Shown here piece after piece: positions 57,740 to 64,000 of a stretch of DNA of 64,000 bases. The DNA is taken from assembly GCA_964016885.1 (NCBI GenBank), contig OZ024757.1, positions 37,510,001-37,574,000 of the forward strand. The letters run 5' to 3'. The translations under genes and the position numbers were made by a program. Every line of letters starts with the position of its first letter. Within the stretch, counting starts at the first letter, position 1. Below the pieces are notes generated by a model. It was not told the origin of the DNA. It saw only the letters and a program-made list of their open reading frames with translations, and ran no database searches. Origin of the DNA: Eledone cirrhosa (Eukaryota).

Positions 57740-58330
57740 TGCATGCATACGCACAGATATATACACACGTATACATACTTATGTATACATATGTATACAT
57801 ATGCATGTATACACACAGATATATACACACGTATACATACATATATATATATATATATATATGCATGTATACACACAGATATATACACACGTATACATAC
57901 ATATACAGATATATACACACGTATACATACTTATGTATACATATGTATACATATGCATGTATACACACAGATATATACACACGTATACATACATATACAT
58001 ATACAGATATATACACACGTATACATATATATATATATACGTATACATATACATACATATACATGCATACACAGATATATACACACGTATACATGCATAC
58101 ACAGATATATACACACGTATATATATATATATATATATATACATATGCATGCATACACACAGATATATACACACGTATACATACATATATATACATATAC
58201 ATGCATACACAGATATATACACACGTATACATACATATATATACATATACATGCATACACACATACACGGAATCGTATAGGTATACACAGATATATACAC
58301 GCGTATACATATATATATATATATATACAT
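57577..58330. repeat. Minisatellite built on cagatatatacacacgtatacat
   Basis: The core recurs about 13 times with variable TA spacers. Confidence 0.93.
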
Positions 58331-58438
58331 ACACATACATACACACACACACACACGTTATCATATAGGTATACACACATATACATACACTCACGTACAC
58401 ACATTTATAATTATGCCAATGGTAATGTTCCAATCAAA

Positions 58439-58486
<48 letters not shown>

Positions 58487-58649
58487 TAGAGAGAGAGAGA
58501 GACGAAAACACATAAATATATAACTACAAACAGACATATATATGCATACATAGATACATATATGTATATATATATATAGATATATACATATAACCAAAAA
58601 AGGCATAAACACACATACCGACCCATAAAAACGGAGATAGAAAGGTACA

Positions 58650-60478
<1,829 letters not shown>

Positions 60479-60749
60479 AGGTAGATAGGTTGGAAGGATA
60501 GGATCTATGCTTTGAAGAGAAAGTGTTTGGGAAGAAAATTACCTGCCTGCAGACATATTTAGGAGAAGAGGAAGGTAAAGGTCTGTTTCCGCGATATATT
60601 CTAAACAGAATGTAATATATTATTCTAACCGTGTTCGCCTTTACATTCTGTCATTCTATATCTTACGCTGGCAAGGTTTTACCTTCTCATTGCCGTGCAG
60701 AATGAAATTAACGATCCCTACCTCATTCTCATTCTATTCCCTTTGAAAG

Positions 60750-60910
60750 GATGGGGTGGAGTGGGGGATGTGGGTGGAGGGTAGGGAGAGTGGGGTGGGG
60801 ATAGGTGGATGGGGTGAAATGGGGGATGTGGGTGGAGGGTAGGGAGAGTGGGGTGGGGATAGGGGGATGTGGGTGGAGGGTAGGGAGAGCGGGGTGGGGG
60901 TAGGTGGATT
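60750..60910. repeat. G-rich tandem repeat (G4-prone)
   Basis: ggggatgtgggtggagggtagggagag.ggggtgggg, three copies. Confidence 0.9.
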
Positions 60911-61152
60911 AATAGAGGAATATAGTCTACTGGCTCTCTTGCTTTTTATCCTCTTCTCTGCTGAAATAAAGACGAGAATAATGGTTTCTTATATAGGCAC
61001 AAGGCCAGCAATTTGGGGGAAGAGGAAAGTCGATTAAATCGACCCCAGTACGTGACTGGTACTTTATTTTATCGACACCTTTAAGGTTGAAATGCAAAGT
61101 TAACCTCGGCGGGATTTGAACTCAGATCGTAAAGGGCCAAACCTTTATATAT

Positions 61153-61183
<31 letters not shown>

Positions 61184-61268
61184 ATCACATATACACACAC
61201 ACACATATATATATATATATAATCACATATACACACACACACATATATATATATATATAATCACATAT

Positions 61269-61323
<55 letters not shown>

Positions 61324-61330
61324 CACATAT

Positions 61331-61361
<31 letters not shown>

Positions 61362-61370
61362 ATCACATAT

Positions 61371-61411
<41 letters not shown>

Positions 61412-61418
61412 CACATAT

Positions 61419-61467
<49 letters not shown>

Positions 61468-61805
61468 ATCGTATAAAAAATGGTATTGCCATTTGTGTGT
61501 AGCTAATGGCAAAAGAGTGCCAACAGCAACAACCTCAGTAGTAATAGTGACAGCAGCGGATGTCACACCACCGCCATCATCATCACCATCATCATCATCA
61601 TCAACATAAGGAGCAAATAACTATCTTTTAACATCCTGCTTAGATTAGATTGTAATTTCAATGGCGGGTCGTTATCTTGATCCATTCTGTTGGGCAATCA
61701 GTGTAACCAATAGACCGGTCGTTCTGAAATATATTCTGAACATTTACATATATTTATATACTTATACTCATAAACACACACACATACATACATATACATA
61801 TATAT

Positions 61806-61858
<53 letters not shown>

Positions 61859-62031
61859 TATATATATATATATATATACATACACACACACACACACACC
61901 CATATTTACATACACACATATATGCATATACATACACATATAGATACATATATATATGTTTATATTTAATATATATATATATATATATAGATGCATACAT
62001 AGATTCATAGACATATACGTACACACATACG

Positions 62032-62071
<40 letters not shown>

Positions 62072-62106
62072 GACATACATATTTACATACATAGATACGA
62101 ACAGAT

Positions 62107-62158
<52 letters not shown>

Positions 62159-62161
62159 TTA

Positions 62162-62279
62162 TCCCGGGTTCAATGGGAGGTAACCACAGTAAGGTACTCA
62201 ATACATAACAGAGTATAAATATTTAATATAGAAATGGCTTCTACTGGATTAGAACTGTTTCATTCGGGAGAAATCATCA
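62162..62279 (-). mobile_element. Family E cassette
   Basis: Minus strand tgatga tttctcccgaat gaaacagttctaatccagtagaagcc..tactgtggttacctcc..gaacccggga. Confidence 0.75.
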
Positions 62280-63219
62280 TATGCGTTCATATATGTATAT
62301 GAACAAAGACCGACTTTGAGTGGACTCCCGTCAGTTTCAGCGATGAGTGTTCGAATTATTTGATAAACAGAACGGCCTATTGATGAAATTATACTGCAGA
62401 TACCTTCGCATTCCACAGGCACGTGTATTCAACGTATTTCTAGCCAATTTGACGCACGAGGCATGGATCGACTCGTGGCTATAGTTAACAACACTTGCCC
62501 AAGATGTCACGATGTGGGATTGAACCCCGAGACCTAAAGTTTTCCAGGCAATCTTCTTTAGCTTTCTGCTGTTAAATTTCGACATTACTGACACAAGGAC
62601 GGAGAGACACAACTGCAAAACTTCTCTACCAGAAAACTGACATTCCGACATTCATATATTCATATATTCTGTCAATACCAACATTCATATATTCTGTCAA
62701 TGCTAACATGGCCGCCACTGGCAATATAACCGCCATTACCTCTATAACCGCTGCAAAGGCCCGATATGGAAGCTATTGCCAATATGGCTGCCATGGTCTC
62801 TATGAATAACGTTGCCTTCGTGACGGACGTAGCCAGTATAGCAGTTATAGCCGTCATGATCTTCATGATCATTATTGCCAACATGGCGGCCGTCACCCCT
62901 AAAGCTGCCGTCGCCAACATGGCCGACAGACAGTACATTGACACAGAACAGAGGAGGAAATACAACAAACATACAAACAAACAAACAAATGAAATGAGTA
63001 ACGAAATGTAGAGAAAAATATAAGTAAATAAATAAAATAATAAATGGAGAGAGACTTAGAAAAAATATATATGAAAGAAGCATAAATGTAGAAAAAAATG
63101 ATCAATTCATATATGTAAATATGTAAATATATTTATATGGCTATATATATATAAATATATCGATATATGTATATATATGGATATATGTATATATATATAT
63201 ATATATATAAATATATGGA

Positions 63220-63273
<54 letters not shown>

Positions 63274-63353
63274 TATGGATATATGTATATATATATATAA
63301 ATATATGGATATATGTATATATATATATATAAATATATGGATATATGTATATA

Positions 63354-63390
<37 letters not shown>

Positions 63391-63391
63391 A

Positions 63392-63446
<55 letters not shown>

Positions 63447-63506
63447 GGATATATAGATATATATATATATATACGGATATATATATATATATATACGGAT
63501 ATATAG

Positions 63507-63540
<34 letters not shown>

Positions 63541-63580
63541 GGATATATATATATATATATGGATATATATATATATATAT

Positions 63581-63654
<74 letters not shown>

Positions 63655-63661
63655 ATGTATG

Positions 63662-63698
<37 letters not shown>

Positions 63699-63780
63699 AT
63701 ATATATATACTTGTATACAAATATGCAAACAAGATACGTATATAATTTTCTGTATGACGCATTGAAATCTAAGAGTGCAA

Positions 63781-63818
<38 letters not shown>

Positions 63819-64000
63819 CCGTGTGTGTGTATATATATTTATATAAACATACAATGTATATATGTGTATATATAATAATAAATAGGAAGAGATAGTTTTA
63901 CAATTCTGCACACACTCACACATGCACTCACACACACTTACACATGCACTCACACACACTTACACATACACTCATACACTCACACATACGAACACACGTT

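Overview
Extremely AT-rich, microsatellite-saturated animal DNA. The repeat landscape (massive (TA)n arrays, tRNA-derived Meta-like and CORE-like SINEs, RTE-tailed SINEs ending in (GAT)n) looks like an octopod cephalopod genome; this is an inference from recalled repeat motifs. Nearly all ORFs in the supplied track are translations of simple repeats. Recognisable coding relics are the GIY-YIG endonuclease end of a Penelope-like element (PLE, 39815-40131, minus) and C-terminal fragments of RTE, RTE-X and CR1 LINEs. There is one good candidate first exon of a host gene, encoding a signal peptide (36127-36205, plus). The most notable hidden structure is about 20 short cassettes from roughly 9 sequence families, mostly embedded in (TA)n tracts, that carry complete, variant or half hammerhead-ribozyme motifs. 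They often form fold-back palindromes whose breakpoints fall at the ribozyme itself. Also notable: a twice-present inverted-repeat element made of two convergent tRNA-like Pol III units, a hAT MITE with a perfect 8-bp TSD, and several minisatellites. All structures were folded and aligned by eye; no database search was run.
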